The position numbers and the translations under genes were made by a program. Source: Balanoglossus misakiensis (taxonomy: Eukaryota > Animalia > Hemichordata). From it: 64,000 bases of DNA. The notes under the pieces are model-generated. The model was not told the origin of the DNA and searched no databases. It was given only the letters and a program-made list of their open reading frames with translations. Positions within the stretch are counted from its first letter, which is position 1. Each line of letters opens with the position of its first letter. The DNA lies in assembly GCA_040954595.2 (NCBI GenBank), contig CM082594.2:4883319-4947318 (forward strand), read 5' to 3'. This document shows positions 28,101 to 39,869 of the stretch, in pieces.

Positions 28101-30075
28101 AATTATAGTTGTTTGAAATGTTTTCAAATATTACTGAAATCATGAAAAAATTATCAAAACCAAAAAGTTACATTTCATTAAGTCAACTTTAAAGGGACAA
28201 TGGCTATACCTTTGGTTATTTGTAGAGTTTTATCAACTAGATTCACGTTTTATTCTCTCAAAAATTTTTCGCAACACTGAATATTCTGTTTGCTGTTGAG
28301 TTTTGTTGTGACCGATTATTTGTCTAAAATTTGGTTGTCTGCAACGGCATAACTAAATATGTGTAGATTGTAATTGACAACCAAACATAATATTTCGATG
28401 CCTTGTGCATCATGCTTATATCCAATCTGGCCATAGAGGGCACTGTGTGGCAAAAAAATAGGTTCTATTGCAAATATGTAAATAAAATATTTCTTCGTCA
28501 GTTCCGAAAATGGGTGTCGGTCATCTAATGAGAAATGACAAAACTTAAACAAATCTCTGCACAGACCTTGAGTCAAAATTGCAAATAGTTATAACTTTTT
28601 AGATTAGTAATTTTTTTTCTCACTTTTTCACCTCATTTTACAGATACTTTCAGTTTGTCAAGATGTCTCCAATATCCCCAAATCTGCAAATTCTGCGGTT
28701 GTTTGTCTGGTAAGTTTCTCACAATAGAACAGGGTTCAAACAAGTTCAGCTTGTAGACTATGTGGGATGGCAAACTGCAACCAGTGTTTACCATTTAAAA
28801 CCGGTGTTTACCATTTGTCAACAGCAAATAGATGCAACGATCGGGTGTGGATGGAATGTAAAGAATGAGATAGTCACACATATCAAGCTAAATCACACTC
28901 TCGTTGAACACTCTTTGCAAATAGATTACAATAAGATGCAAGTTTCTCATGTTTTTTTAGTTAGCAGACCCAACTAATCAAAAAAAAGCAAAGAAGACAT
29001 AAATGCAATAACACTAGAAAATGAAGTAATGAAAAAAAGAATAAAATAAAATAAAACAAATGGAACAAGTTTTAAAGTACATTGTAAATGACAATGATTC
29101 GATGAACAAAACTGAATATGAGTCATGTCGCAATTTTTCATGCATAATGCAAATTTCTCATGAATATTTCAATTTCAAACAACAATTTAGACTATGTTTG
29201 TATAATTTGTATATATATAACATTTCAGGATCTGGTAGGTACACTTGTAGTAGTACTACAAGAAAAAAATGATGGGTCTTGCAGCTAGATGCTGTGAAAG
29301 TATAAACCAGCATAATGTTGGTAAATATTTCTAGCTTTAATTGGACATTTTAACACTGTACAATGTATTTAGTAACTGGCAGGATTATATTGTAGTCTGT
29401 GTATTAAAATATGTCTCCATTTTGTTTATATGGTTCACCTGTAGAATGAATTTTCCGACAAAGCTGTATGTATGGTGGAAGAGATTGTATCCAGCCTGCA
29501 GGCACAAATCCAATATGGCGGCTCAGTGGTCATGGTGGTATCCAACAGCAACCGTCACCACACAGCTGCCATGGAAATCCGTCAGAAACTCAGTGAATTT
29601 TGTCAGTCGCTCAGTGTACGGCTCCGACCACTGTCACTTTGTATCAATGCCGTTTGTGTCACGCAACAGGTTTGTAAAATAAAATCTAAAATTTGACTTT
29701 TTTTAGTACCATTTTCTGCACTAACTTGGTTCATTCCGCTATAGGCAGAAAAGGTGTGTGTTTTGGGGAGTTTTCATTTGTGTTTATGGTGAAATTTCAT
29801 ATTCAGTCATTTGCTTTGAGCAAAGAGCACTTTGTAATGATTTTGTCACAGTTTTTCTGTTAAATCATCAACCGTGAATCTCGAGAGCGCTCTCAAGAAC
29901 AACAAGCAAACCCTCATGATGACTTCCCATGATAATTTGCGTTTGCCATCTTTCCTTATTTCAGGAGCAGCCCACCCCTGATTCTCTCGTAAACGATGTC
30001 GCCAGTATGGTTGCAGAATTGGTCTTTAATCAGAGCCTCGTCTTCAGTGGCCAACTGTTCCAACTGCCGTGTTGA
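15363..30075 (+). CDS. CRPPA: D-ribitol-5-phosphate cytidylyltransferase (CRPPA/ISPD), 9 coding exons, ~393 aa
   Basis: Exons 15363-15493, 21015-21273, 21735-21884, 25841-25945, 26635-26680, 26978-27066, 28644-28709, 29445-29669, 29965-30075. All are GT-AG with compatible phases and total 1182 nt. Translation has IspD-family motifs [56 protein letters not shown], plus the metazoan C-terminal domain ending [12 protein letters not shown]. An in-frame upstream ATG at 15333 is an alternative start. Confidence 0.93.
21320..21527. mobile_element. Tc1/mariner(pogo)-type MITE in CRPPA intron 2
   Basis: 25-bp TIRs CTGTAAAACACTTTATTTTCGCGAG / CTCGCGAAAATAAAGTGTTTTATAG (1 mismatch), with TA on both sides. 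Confidence 0.8.
25110..25223. repeat. Compound (CAT)n/(CAC)n microsatellite in CRPPA intron 3
   Basis: Read directly. It explains the poly-His and poly-Ser ORFs. Confidence 0.95.
27457..27630. mobile_element. Tc1/mariner(pogo/Tigger)-type MITE in CRPPA intron 6
   Basis: TIRs CAGTAAAACTCCAATTATC / GATAATTGGAGTTTTACTG, TA TSD, and internal TTATCCGAA sub-repeats. Confidence 0.82.
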
Positions 30076-33000
30076 CGAAAAAGAGGACACTTTTGACTGT
30101 GCAAATATTAACTCTAACAGCTGAGGCCGTAGTTTATAGGAAGCTTTCACTAACCCAGTCAGGTTTCAGAGTAAGTGTCAATATTTCAAAAACATAATTT
30201 TTTTTATATAAAGTTTTATTTTTCTTACTTTGATTTATGTTTTAAATTGCTTAATTAAAGAGTAAATTTATATTTGAGTAGCTTTTTACAACCTTATCAC
30301 GATATGGTGGCCATCTTTAATTGGATGCACCTAAAATTATCATGGATACCTATCAATAAGCTTATTTAGATGGACCAATTTAAGTTGGATAATAAAATCA
30401 TGAAAATAATGAAAAAAGTGGCAGCTCTAGAGGCTTTAAACAGATGTCAATATTCAGCGGTTGCTTTACTCACTTGTAAACTGTAAATAGTAGCAATTCG
30501 TTTTTTGGTAAGATACTTGTGTGTTATTCAAACCACTGCGAAGGATCCAAAGTTTATCTTCACTGCAGTGTGCAAATCAGTGTGTGCAAAATTTACAAGT
30601 CGGTGCTACGCTCTTGGCGTCATCTGATGACGGCCTTTGTGACCTATATACTCATGTGATCTCAATCTTGTGACCTGTAGCACCACCTGATGAGTTTTCA
30701 TAAGGTGATGTGGGTTTTGTTGCCCATACTTTAAAAAGAGCCCTCGCAAAGCCCATGTCGCTAAACATTAGGATCACTCCTCTTGACCCCCGGGTGACCT
30801 TCGTTCATTTCCGTTATCAGTTTTGGTTTGTATTTCGCAAGATATATCATGTGGTTTGGTGTGCGGTAGATTCTTCGCCAAATGTTGACCCGTTGTTTTC
30901 ATCTTTCATTTTTTGGGTGGAAATTGCCTTGCCAGATCATTTCAGTAGAACATGTCTTAACTGAACAGCAAAGGGAATGAAGATATTGTTCTGTTTGCAG
31001 AGGAGTCTGGTTTTATAGAGGTTCTTTTAACATGTGGTTCTATGTTCGGTAGAGACAGGTTTCCAGATTAGACTGGGTTCGGTTTAGACAGGTTTTATTG
31101 TATACAAATAATCAGTCACTCACACCCTCAAAAAGTTCCCTGATAAGTAATTATCATCATATATAGTTCTTGATTGTCCTCAATTTTTGTTTTATGTTCA
31201 CACGAGTCCCCTACCTCCTTTCATGCTGTACTTAAAATTGCATATTCCCAGTAAAAAAATTCCTGCCACAAATTGATCTGAGGTGTCGTTCATCAATTGC
31301 AGATTTTGCTGTTTTCTGGGATGTTTTCGGTGAAACCTTAGGAAATATTCATAGGAGGTGAATAGACATTTAGGTAAGAAGTACTTTGGGGCTCATTTGT
31401 TTATTTTCAGTAGTGCCTGTGACCTGTGACCTGTCCCATCATGCCTTTCAGTAAACTTCTGTCGCTGGCAAGCTTCCAACTACTGACATGATTCGGACAC
31501 TGTGGTCATTACCCTCGTTTTCTCTGTACAGGTCGATCTCCATGGCTTTGATACATTTTTAAATGATCTTGATCCGCCGAGCTTAGCTAATTACGGGCCC
31601 AAGTGATTATCAATGATTGAAATAGATGCACAGAAATTCCAAGGATTTTTGTGAGTGTAGACTTTGGTATTGAATATGACGCCATAGTCTGCTAGTAGCT
31701 GTGAAGATTTGCGAAAAAATGTTGCATTGCATTGTAAGAGAAAGTACCTACCATACTATGACCAATTGTGACATGTGAAGAGTGGGAGGGACCGTGCTTC
31801 TATTTTCTGTTTATTTACATTTTCTGACTGAACGCGGGTCACTGGCTGGATACTGTAGAGGTTTAATCCAAATTTTTTGTCAGAAATTTGAGTTTCTAAA
31901 ACTTTTAGCTCAGTTGCAACTGTCGTCTGATAGTGAGGCCTTAAAAACTTGCATTTTCCTTGAAATCAAATAAATATACTACAGAGTTTCTGCATACATA
32001 TTGTGCTCCAATGTGAAATTGGGAAGATTTTGTACTTGTAGGTTGTCAAACTTCAAATTTACCTTCTCTGTCCCCAAACCACCACTGAATAATGAGGGAG
32101 CTGGAAAATCACAGCGTTGGCTTCTGCGAAACGTATATTTCTCATGGTGTGGCCACCCAGCGATGACAGTGCCGGGGTCAAGAGGTCACCAAGTGCCATT
32201 TTTGCGAGAACAATAGCCGGGCATTCATTTCACCCAAGAAGGTGTCGTGAGTGATGGGAGGAAATGTCATGTCATCAGGCGGAAAATCGATGAAAAGTTA
32301 TCAGTCAACGTTATCGGTAACCTTTCCCTCACTATCAGCAGATTTGTAAATCAAGAGAAAAAAAATCATGTCAGAAAAGTCATAAGTCTCGAGTGTTTGA
32401 AGTTAATACAGGTGATAAGATTAATGCAGCTGATAAGATAGTCTTTATCAGGTAATAGTGTATTTTGTTCTACTTTTGGCTTGTTAAACCGTTCCCTATG
32501 TCCTTTTTTTATCGATTTGCTAAATTGCCCCGTGATATGATGCCTCCTCGCTGTCAGCGTTGGGCTGTAGTGCGTTCGGTCAATTTTTTTTTTCTGTGTC
32601 AGTCTCTCTCTCTCTTTCTCTCTGAAGTGGGTCAATTTGATGGCAGAGTGAGGATGATGTAATGATGAGTTGGGACAACAGCTATGTGCCAATCCCCTGT
32701 GCGACTCTCGAGGTCTTCAGCCGGGAGCTACTTAGACAAGGCATTCACGCCGCTTTCGCTCTTTCGGTAAGCGCCTTTGTGCCTGACAACTCTTGCGGCT
32801 ATCAACATCCATTGTCGGGAGATTTGTTAATTATCTGAAGGTCTCGTGTTGACAATCTTGGGCCCATCAGACTTCTTGTTAACAAACTTTTTTTTTTCAC
32901 GGGTCTTTCGCAACTCCCATTGTCCGTTCTGCATCTATTTCAGAATCAGATGCTATCCCCCCCCCCCCCTCCCAAGTACCACAAACCAATAAAATATGTA

Positions 33001-34908
33001 GAAAAATACTGTATGTACAGTTTGGCATTTGTGGGTAACATTAAAAGAAGTGAGATAAATGTCAAATGGCCGCTAACAAATGGAGAGAGGGCCGGGGTTT
33101 GCTTTGCGCCAAATTGTCAAAAAGTTGCAGTGACACAGTTCTGACAATGCCCCCCCCCCCTTAACTGCTTCTTATCGCGACTTGTGATAGATTTACCAAG
33201 TCAATTTTTCATTTCTTCTGGAGTAAATACGTCACGTGGAAGTAATCGAAACGTCAGATAAGAAAGGTCATGTCTCTTAAAGTGAGCAGCTCAGAGACTT
33301 GACAGAATTTACCCTGGGTGCGCTGGGACAGGTATTGAGTTTTACCGAAACTGCTGCCGACCAATCGCAATCAACCTTGCAGGACTACTTGATGTGAGGT
33401 TTACGTATGATTATGAAGGTTGGTTGCTAGAGGGCGCTGTCCAATGCCGATTCCCAATTTCAACATGGCAAGTGGCCGGCCCTGTCTTTTCACATCATTT
33501 TTCATAATTTTCCTTTCAGGCCAAAGATTAGTCGAATTCGAGTGTGCCAATAATATCACAGGGCGCACCCCCAAAATGGTTGACAGGTGGTGATAAGGTC
33601 CATATGCAAATTTAATCCCAAAATTAATTATTGTATTTATCCTCTGTGCATAAATAGTTGCTATTTATTCTGTCAGTTATGTGTAAGCTTGTACCACATC
33701 AACCAGCTGGTGGCTGAATGCCTTATCAAGGAAATGCTCATCTGGTTGCAAGCATTACTTTTGGTTGTTTCATTGGAAAAGATACGACACACCACACTTC
33801 ATAATCAGATTTGAGATTTATTCTTTCCGAGTATTATACAAATTAATACAATTAAAAGAAAATGTTATTACATGACAGGAATCATTTCAGTAAAAAATCT
33901 ACTTATACTATTGATCAACAGATTGTCATAAACATACCCTCATTTTTGTATTTAAATCACATTTTCAATATAAATATTACAAACGTTATTAGCTGCAATA
34001 CTAGGTTATGCCAATATGTCTGGATCAGTTTCTTGATATTTTATTTTATAAAATACTCCTTGCAAAACAATTTGATTTCTGGATACAAATAAGCTCCACA
34101 ATTGAACTGGGTCAGCCATCAAATTTTACATGAAGCACGCCCCCAAAAGTGCAACAGTACAACTCATTTGTTTGGAGCACCTGTAAGAGCACCCTCTGTG
34201 CAACAGGTAATTTAACCCTCTCACCATCATGGTTTGGTCCAAACCCATGGTTTTCTGATGAAGTCAGACCTCTACAAAGGGGACAGGGGGTGAAGAGCAG
34301 CTTTTGCATACTTTTGGTTGAAAGAAGAGACAATTGCTTGATCTCAGCACTTCAGCAATACATTTTGGAAATCAAACGGCATCTCCACATTTTATTGGGC
34401 AAGTAGGACATCAGAGATTGCCAATTTTAAATTCACTAAGAAAAAAAAATTGCTGCTGCTCACCATGTGTCTGTTTCAAAATTGGAAGAAAATTGCCCAA
34501 ATTTCTCTTCATGATTCATTATGCACTGAGTGACTACCACATGCAAGCATTGAGTGAACATTTCTGAAGATTTATTTAAGAAAATGATCTCAGGCAAGTT
34601 TGTACAAGAACTTGAACCTGAAATCATCATTTGGTGAGATTACATATACTAATCAAATTCAACAACTCTACATTTTTTTGTCTTTATTGTACAGAGTTTA
34701 TAAAACATAATACAGAACGTTTCCTGATCATATTCAGCCTAATTATCACTGTCTCCTAAAGATGCCGTACCCTTCCCTCCCCATTCTCTTCACAGTGGTA
34801 GAGTCCACACAGGTTTCAACAGAGTTAGAGTACTTAGCTAAGCAGTGGGAGGTGAGGGGGTATGTATTAACATCTGAGGGGAATAGATGTGGGAGTGTGT
34901 CTTTTTTT

Positions 34909-35037
34909 TTACCACCAGACATAGCCTCCATCAGAGCCCCCACTCAGCGCATTACCGCTGCGTTGACCGAGTTGTAAGTTGTGCCCTTGCATCTGGGCTG
35001 CTTGCGCTGGGTTGGGTGCAACTCCTGGTGGAGGTGG
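34909..35037 (-). CDS. DAZAP2: DAZAP2 terminal coding exon copy B (PPPPGVAPNPAQAAQMQGHNLQLGQRSGNALSGGSDGGYVWW*)
   Basis: Acceptor gttattacAG, phase 0, 129 nt ending in TAA. A minus-strand AATAAA lies downstream at 34688-34683. Confidence 0.85.
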   Translation of the reverse strand, partial: PPPPGVAPNPAQAAQMQGHNLQLGQRSGNALSGGSDGGYVWW

Positions 35038-38000
35038 CTGTAATAACAATTGTTTAATACAAATTACATCACTCCCTTGAAATGTAAACCCGGCCACCAC
35101 CAGAAGCCTACAAGTGAAACGCCCAACTCCATACTCTCTGATAAAAAGGTACACTTCACGCGCAACATTCAATGGTTCTAGGAGAGTCACCCCCTGGACA
35201 TATAACCCACCAGGCACTTGTAGCCCGACCCAGGTCTTAACAGGGGGTGCAACATGTCTGGGTGGAAAATGTCCATCGGGTGACTGTCCGGATTCCCATT
35301 GAAGGAAACAGGCAAGTCTGGGTTTGTAAATATCATTATCTGCATGAAAAATGCAGTTCTTAAAAGGTACTAACTCAAGAGAGATGATGCTAATGAGAGT
35401 GTTGTATTTACAGAAATGAACAGGCAGGAAAAAATAAAGACAGCCCTTGTTTTAAAACTGTAGTGCAAAAATGAAAGTAAGACATGACTGATTATGAATG
35501 ATGCTCTGAAAAGAGAGTACAAAGTTATAAATGGAAAAAATATACATCAACATGACAGACAAAATTTGGTTCATTCCAGTGTACAAATGTTCCAGTTGTA
35601 GATTTTTACACCTGGTTATAATATGTGACATTACATCTGTATATAGCATTTGTTTTCTGGTCGAATACAAATTACAGAAGGTTTCGTTGTTTCAATGAAT
35701 AGAAATTCACTGTCCAAATGATTCTGAGGCGTTCGCACACTCGACGTTGATTGCTTTCTGTTCGCTGCCAAAATCACTGACTACCACCAGACGTAACCAC
35801 CGTCCGAACCACCGGACAACCAATCTCCTTTTCGCCTTCCTATCACCACGTTCTGACCTTGACTTGCGGCCATCTGCGCTGCGTTAGGAGCCACACCTGG
35901 GGGAGGTGGCTGGAGAAAGTAAAGAGTGGACTGCCAAAGTTAGAAAGGCTAGCAGATGATGCGACCAATTTCAATATATTAATTGGTGGAGTTTTTTTGG
36001 CAATCTTTCACCACACTTTGAGATTTTGACTGTACCGATATAATTGAACTACTATTCGTTTCCCACTCCCAGTTTCAAAATTTACCTTCACCGTAACATG
36101 CTTATGAAAAGTCTGAAAAGGGATGTTTTGAAATTATTAGCATGCATGGACATGTGAAATGGATGTTTGAAACTAGCGCAACAAGTCAGCATGGATGGCT
36201 ATGAAGAATAGTTTCTCAGATATGAAAGAGGCATGATGTATTTGTGTACTGTGTAAAGCCATTTGTTATATCTCAATATTTACTTGCCACATGCGCACAG
36301 ACACACATACAGGCAGTCACAGTGATAGACAGAGAGACAGACAGACATATGCAAACATACCCACAGACAGTCGAACATTGCTTATAAACACTATATAACA
36401 TTCACTTGCCATATGAGCGCATTCACACACACACTGACAGATAAGCAGCAGATCCATAGCAACTTCTCCCCACTTACTGTAACATATTGACTGCAAGAAT
36501 TTGCCATTTGAGGCCAGTTTTTCGCAATGGGCAAGCTGCATTTTTTAAACACAGCACATCACAAGCAGTGACATTAAGATGACACTGTTCTGTCGAAGCA
36601 TTCCTGTTCTTTACTTGTAGCCAGTCAACCCCTTATATTGTCTAAATCTGGTTATACTTACCGGAATATTTGCAGTTGATCCGGCCCCAAACCTTGCTCC
36701 GGCATCATAAGCGTTTGGCACGACCACAGTCTGCGGTTGAACAGGTGGTGGTTGGGCGTACTGCGTTGTGGGATACTGAGGGTACGCCTGAGGGTATCCT
36801 TGCTGGAAAAGTGAAGGAAAAAAACATGATGAATCATCAAGTACAGAGTTCAGAAGTTTCTCTCCAACTTGCTGGTCTAGTGATAAGCTGAAGTGCTTGT
36901 CAACTACAAGTGTCTGTTTGGCAAAGGGGTCTTATGGTATAGCCTACACAAAATGTAGGTTAGCCTGTTGAACATTAGACCTGTCCTGTACCATCCAAAT
37001 GTTCAGAAACAGAAACTAATCGACAGTTTTGCACTCACTAAGAAAATACCACTAAAATTCACAGCTGAACTAAAAATATGTAGACTTCTGTCAATAATGC
37101 CTTCATAGCTATGCTGCTGTGCTATTCAAAACAATGGGTTTGACCTCATAGGCAACTTTCGTGACCCCAGACGACCTTATTCCCTGGTCTTTTTGACATC
37201 GTACATTATCCAACTTTACAAGCATCGTTTACCCTTTTGTAACAGACAAAATAGTAAACGCATACCAACACAATAATGCCAGGATGTAAAGGTCACATAG
37301 GGGTCATGAAAGTTGCCTATTCTGGCAGTGACAGGGGATTTGGTTTTCCAGGGGCGTATGACTACAAATGGTCAAAGTACCTGTGGTTGAGCAGAGTATG
37401 GTGGTGGTGGTCCCGCTGGGTAGTTGTACTGTGGAGGGGGCATGGCGTGTTGTGGATACTGTCCTGTTTGCGTGGGATATGTTTGTTGCATTGGGTAGGC
37501 GTGCCCAGGTGGAACTTGGGCCTGCTGTCCCGCTGTGGATAGAAAAAATAGTACCGGTAAAATATGTAAAACAGAATAGCTAACTTAATATTCAGTAATA
37601 TATTCTTAGTAATATATTCTTAGTAAGAATATATTACTGGTATAGGGGTTATTTGCTTAGTAACTCCTATGTAGGCACCTATGCAAAATTGGCCATAGAT
37701 CTGGATTTTCATTGTTTTCAGACCGAACAAGACAAAATGAACACAGGTATTACATAAAATTATTTGCATGGTCACAATCCTGATAGATGTGTTGCTACAA
37801 AAGGCCAGCCCAAACACATAGCATCTTTATTATTTTCATCAATATTATGTACATGTACCTGTTGAAAAGTTAAACAATAAGGACCTGCTCCACAAACAAA
37901 AAGTATACCCTTTTGGTATTTCTGCATAAACCCTTCCAAACAGGTGTGGCCATGTTGGTATATCACATCATATTACATAACTCTGAGACCATGGTAGCTC

Positions 38001-38910
38001 TATTGTTATCCTCAGATAAAGATAAATCATGCTACATGCCCGTATTTTGTAAATAGATCCTAATCAGATATTTAAAAGTTGGCCACGTCACAGACTCGCT
38101 CTGGCGCATAGGATATCACTGACACATCACATGCAGTTGACAGTTATGGCCGCCTTTTTGAATTATTACGCAATCTCAGGTTTGTGAATACAACCTCTCT
38201 AATGTACAGTATTATTGGAACCTGTCGTTTGGAACTTCAATACTACATATTTGGTCTACAGCCTATTGTTTGTCGCCAAGACTTCAATGCTTGCTACCAC
38301 TTGGGTGACTGTGACCCATTTGTCAGACTTGTATCTTGAAGTGTTCAGCTTCAGTAAGGCCTCAGTTTCTTCACAATGCATTCCCCCCCCCCCCCCCCCT
38401 CATACCAATCACCAAAAGGAAAAGACATATATTGACCCAGGAAACGGTTATTCAAAACATGATACTGGTACCCAAATCACTTTCATATCCCAAACATTGC
38501 CCTCTATGGCCATTTGGTGCATATCATTGCCATACATCATAATAATTAATTGTTTACAGTACATGTACATTGTACTTCTATTTTAATCACACAGTTCATT
38601 TCAAAACACTGGCAGTTGTGGAATGAGTGGTTCTACAGTTGTGAAACAATGGTTTGTCCGCACCCTGACCCACCACTTCCCCGCCTGTAGGCCTACAGCT
38701 AGACGGGGAAGTGGTAAGGATACGAACTCGCAGCAAACCCCATTACAATACCTACGTTACGCCTCTGTGTGGCTAGGCTGTACGTATTTCCCCAAAACAA
38801 ACAGAACCTTGTGAAATTTTAACCTCAACACCCGATCTGACAAAGTCTAAGTTCCTGCTACCTGCTGGAGTCAACCTACCTTGACCGGATTTTCCCTTTC
38901 CCGACGACAT
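34909..38910 (-). CDS. DAZAP2: DAZ-associated protein 2 (proline-rich, PPxY motifs), ~150 aa, with two alternative last exons
   Basis: Exons 38910-38880 (MSSGKGKSGQ), 37532-37381 (P/Q/Y-rich, PPPPY) and 36802-36662 (...VVVPNAYDAGARFGAGSTANIP), then either 35909-35781 or 35037-34909 (PPPPGVAPN...GGSDGGYVWW*). YDAGARFGAG and the terminal GGSDGGYxxW are the DAZAP2 signature as I recall it. Splice phases are consistent. Confidence 0.92.
35781..35909 (-). CDS. DAZAP2: DAZAP2 terminal coding exon copy A (PPPPGVAPNAAQMAASQGQNVVIGRRKGDWLSGGSDGGYVWW*)
   Basis: Acceptor actttctccAG, phase 0, 129 nt ending in TAG. In frame with exon 36802-36662. Confidence 0.88.
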   Translation of the reverse strand, partial: PPPPGVAPNAAQMAASQGQNVVIGRRKGDWLSGGSDGGYVWW

Positions 38911-39869
38911 TTTCGGTTATAACCAAGTGTGTTGTTTCGACTAGATCTCCAGCGAAATTAGGATTTCGACTATAAATAGTCTCGAAATAGATTCAAGGCA
39001 ACAAAACACTACTCTCACGTGACGCTCTGTCATAAGATGACATGACGTCATAGACTATACCATTATGTTTTAGGGAAGGTGGTAAACGGTAGACAGGTCT
39101 GTTCGTGGAGGAAGACAATTATATTTAGAATTTCACAATCACCAGTATACGCTGAATTCGAAATTTACGTGATGAGATTAGTTTACGTTACGGAACATTC
39201 TCTTATATAAAATATAAAAAAGGGTTTTGAGCCCAGGTATAACCGCTGTGGCAAAGGTATAGAATCGCCTAACTTAGCGCCATCACGCGATAGATATGGG
39301 GAAATGACATCGTCAGATATCCGTCATTGGTCAGGTGAGTGTTACGTATACCACCACCGGGAAGGTATTTGGATGAGTCATCTACTAGTATTTCCGTATT
39401 TCCCAATAGTTTAACATTGACCGACATACGGCACGTATAGATAGGTGATTACAAACAAAGCAATCGCACTTAACCTTGACACCTGGCATATCACACCTGG
39501 CATGTACTACTAGTATACACTATAGCTTATTTTTAATGAATGTATTAAAACACACCCCACCCATATGTACCCACTACTCCCCATAGTTAATGTGTATTCC
39601 ACCTTTACCTACCAACAGGCAACAGTTATGAAAATTACCATGGTTACCTTCAGTCTCTGAGTATCTAGAATCAATCTATGTTTATAAACAAACACTTTTA
39701 AGTACGTACCCTCGACAAAATCTGCACTGTTTAAAAAGGTATTTTACCCAATGAAAGATGGTATCATTTTCATTACAGAATTTGCTTTTTTTGTCAACCC
39801 ATCAACTGGCAGTACATGTGTACATATCCTTACACTCTGCATTGGTTGTATGGTGTTTCCGCGGCAACC
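38911..39869. promoter_or_regulatory. Divergent (head-to-head) promoter region between DAZAP2 and pirin
   Basis: The start codons are 959 bp apart on opposite strands. E-box TCACGTGA (39015-39022) and CRE TGACGTCA (39043-39050) lie ~100-140 bp upstream of the DAZAP2 ATG. Confidence 0.55.

Noticed and set aside
30995-31102. GGTTTAGACAGGTTTTATTGTA, one end of a Tc1/pogo-like MITE
   Set aside because: The matching left TIR could not be found, so boundaries cannot be supported.
32738-32790. GGCATTCAC segment reminiscent of antisense miR-124
   Set aside because: The match stops after 9 nt, the seed does not follow, and there is no hairpin. No conserved miRNA was recognised by eye anywhere in the window, though a formal search was not possible.
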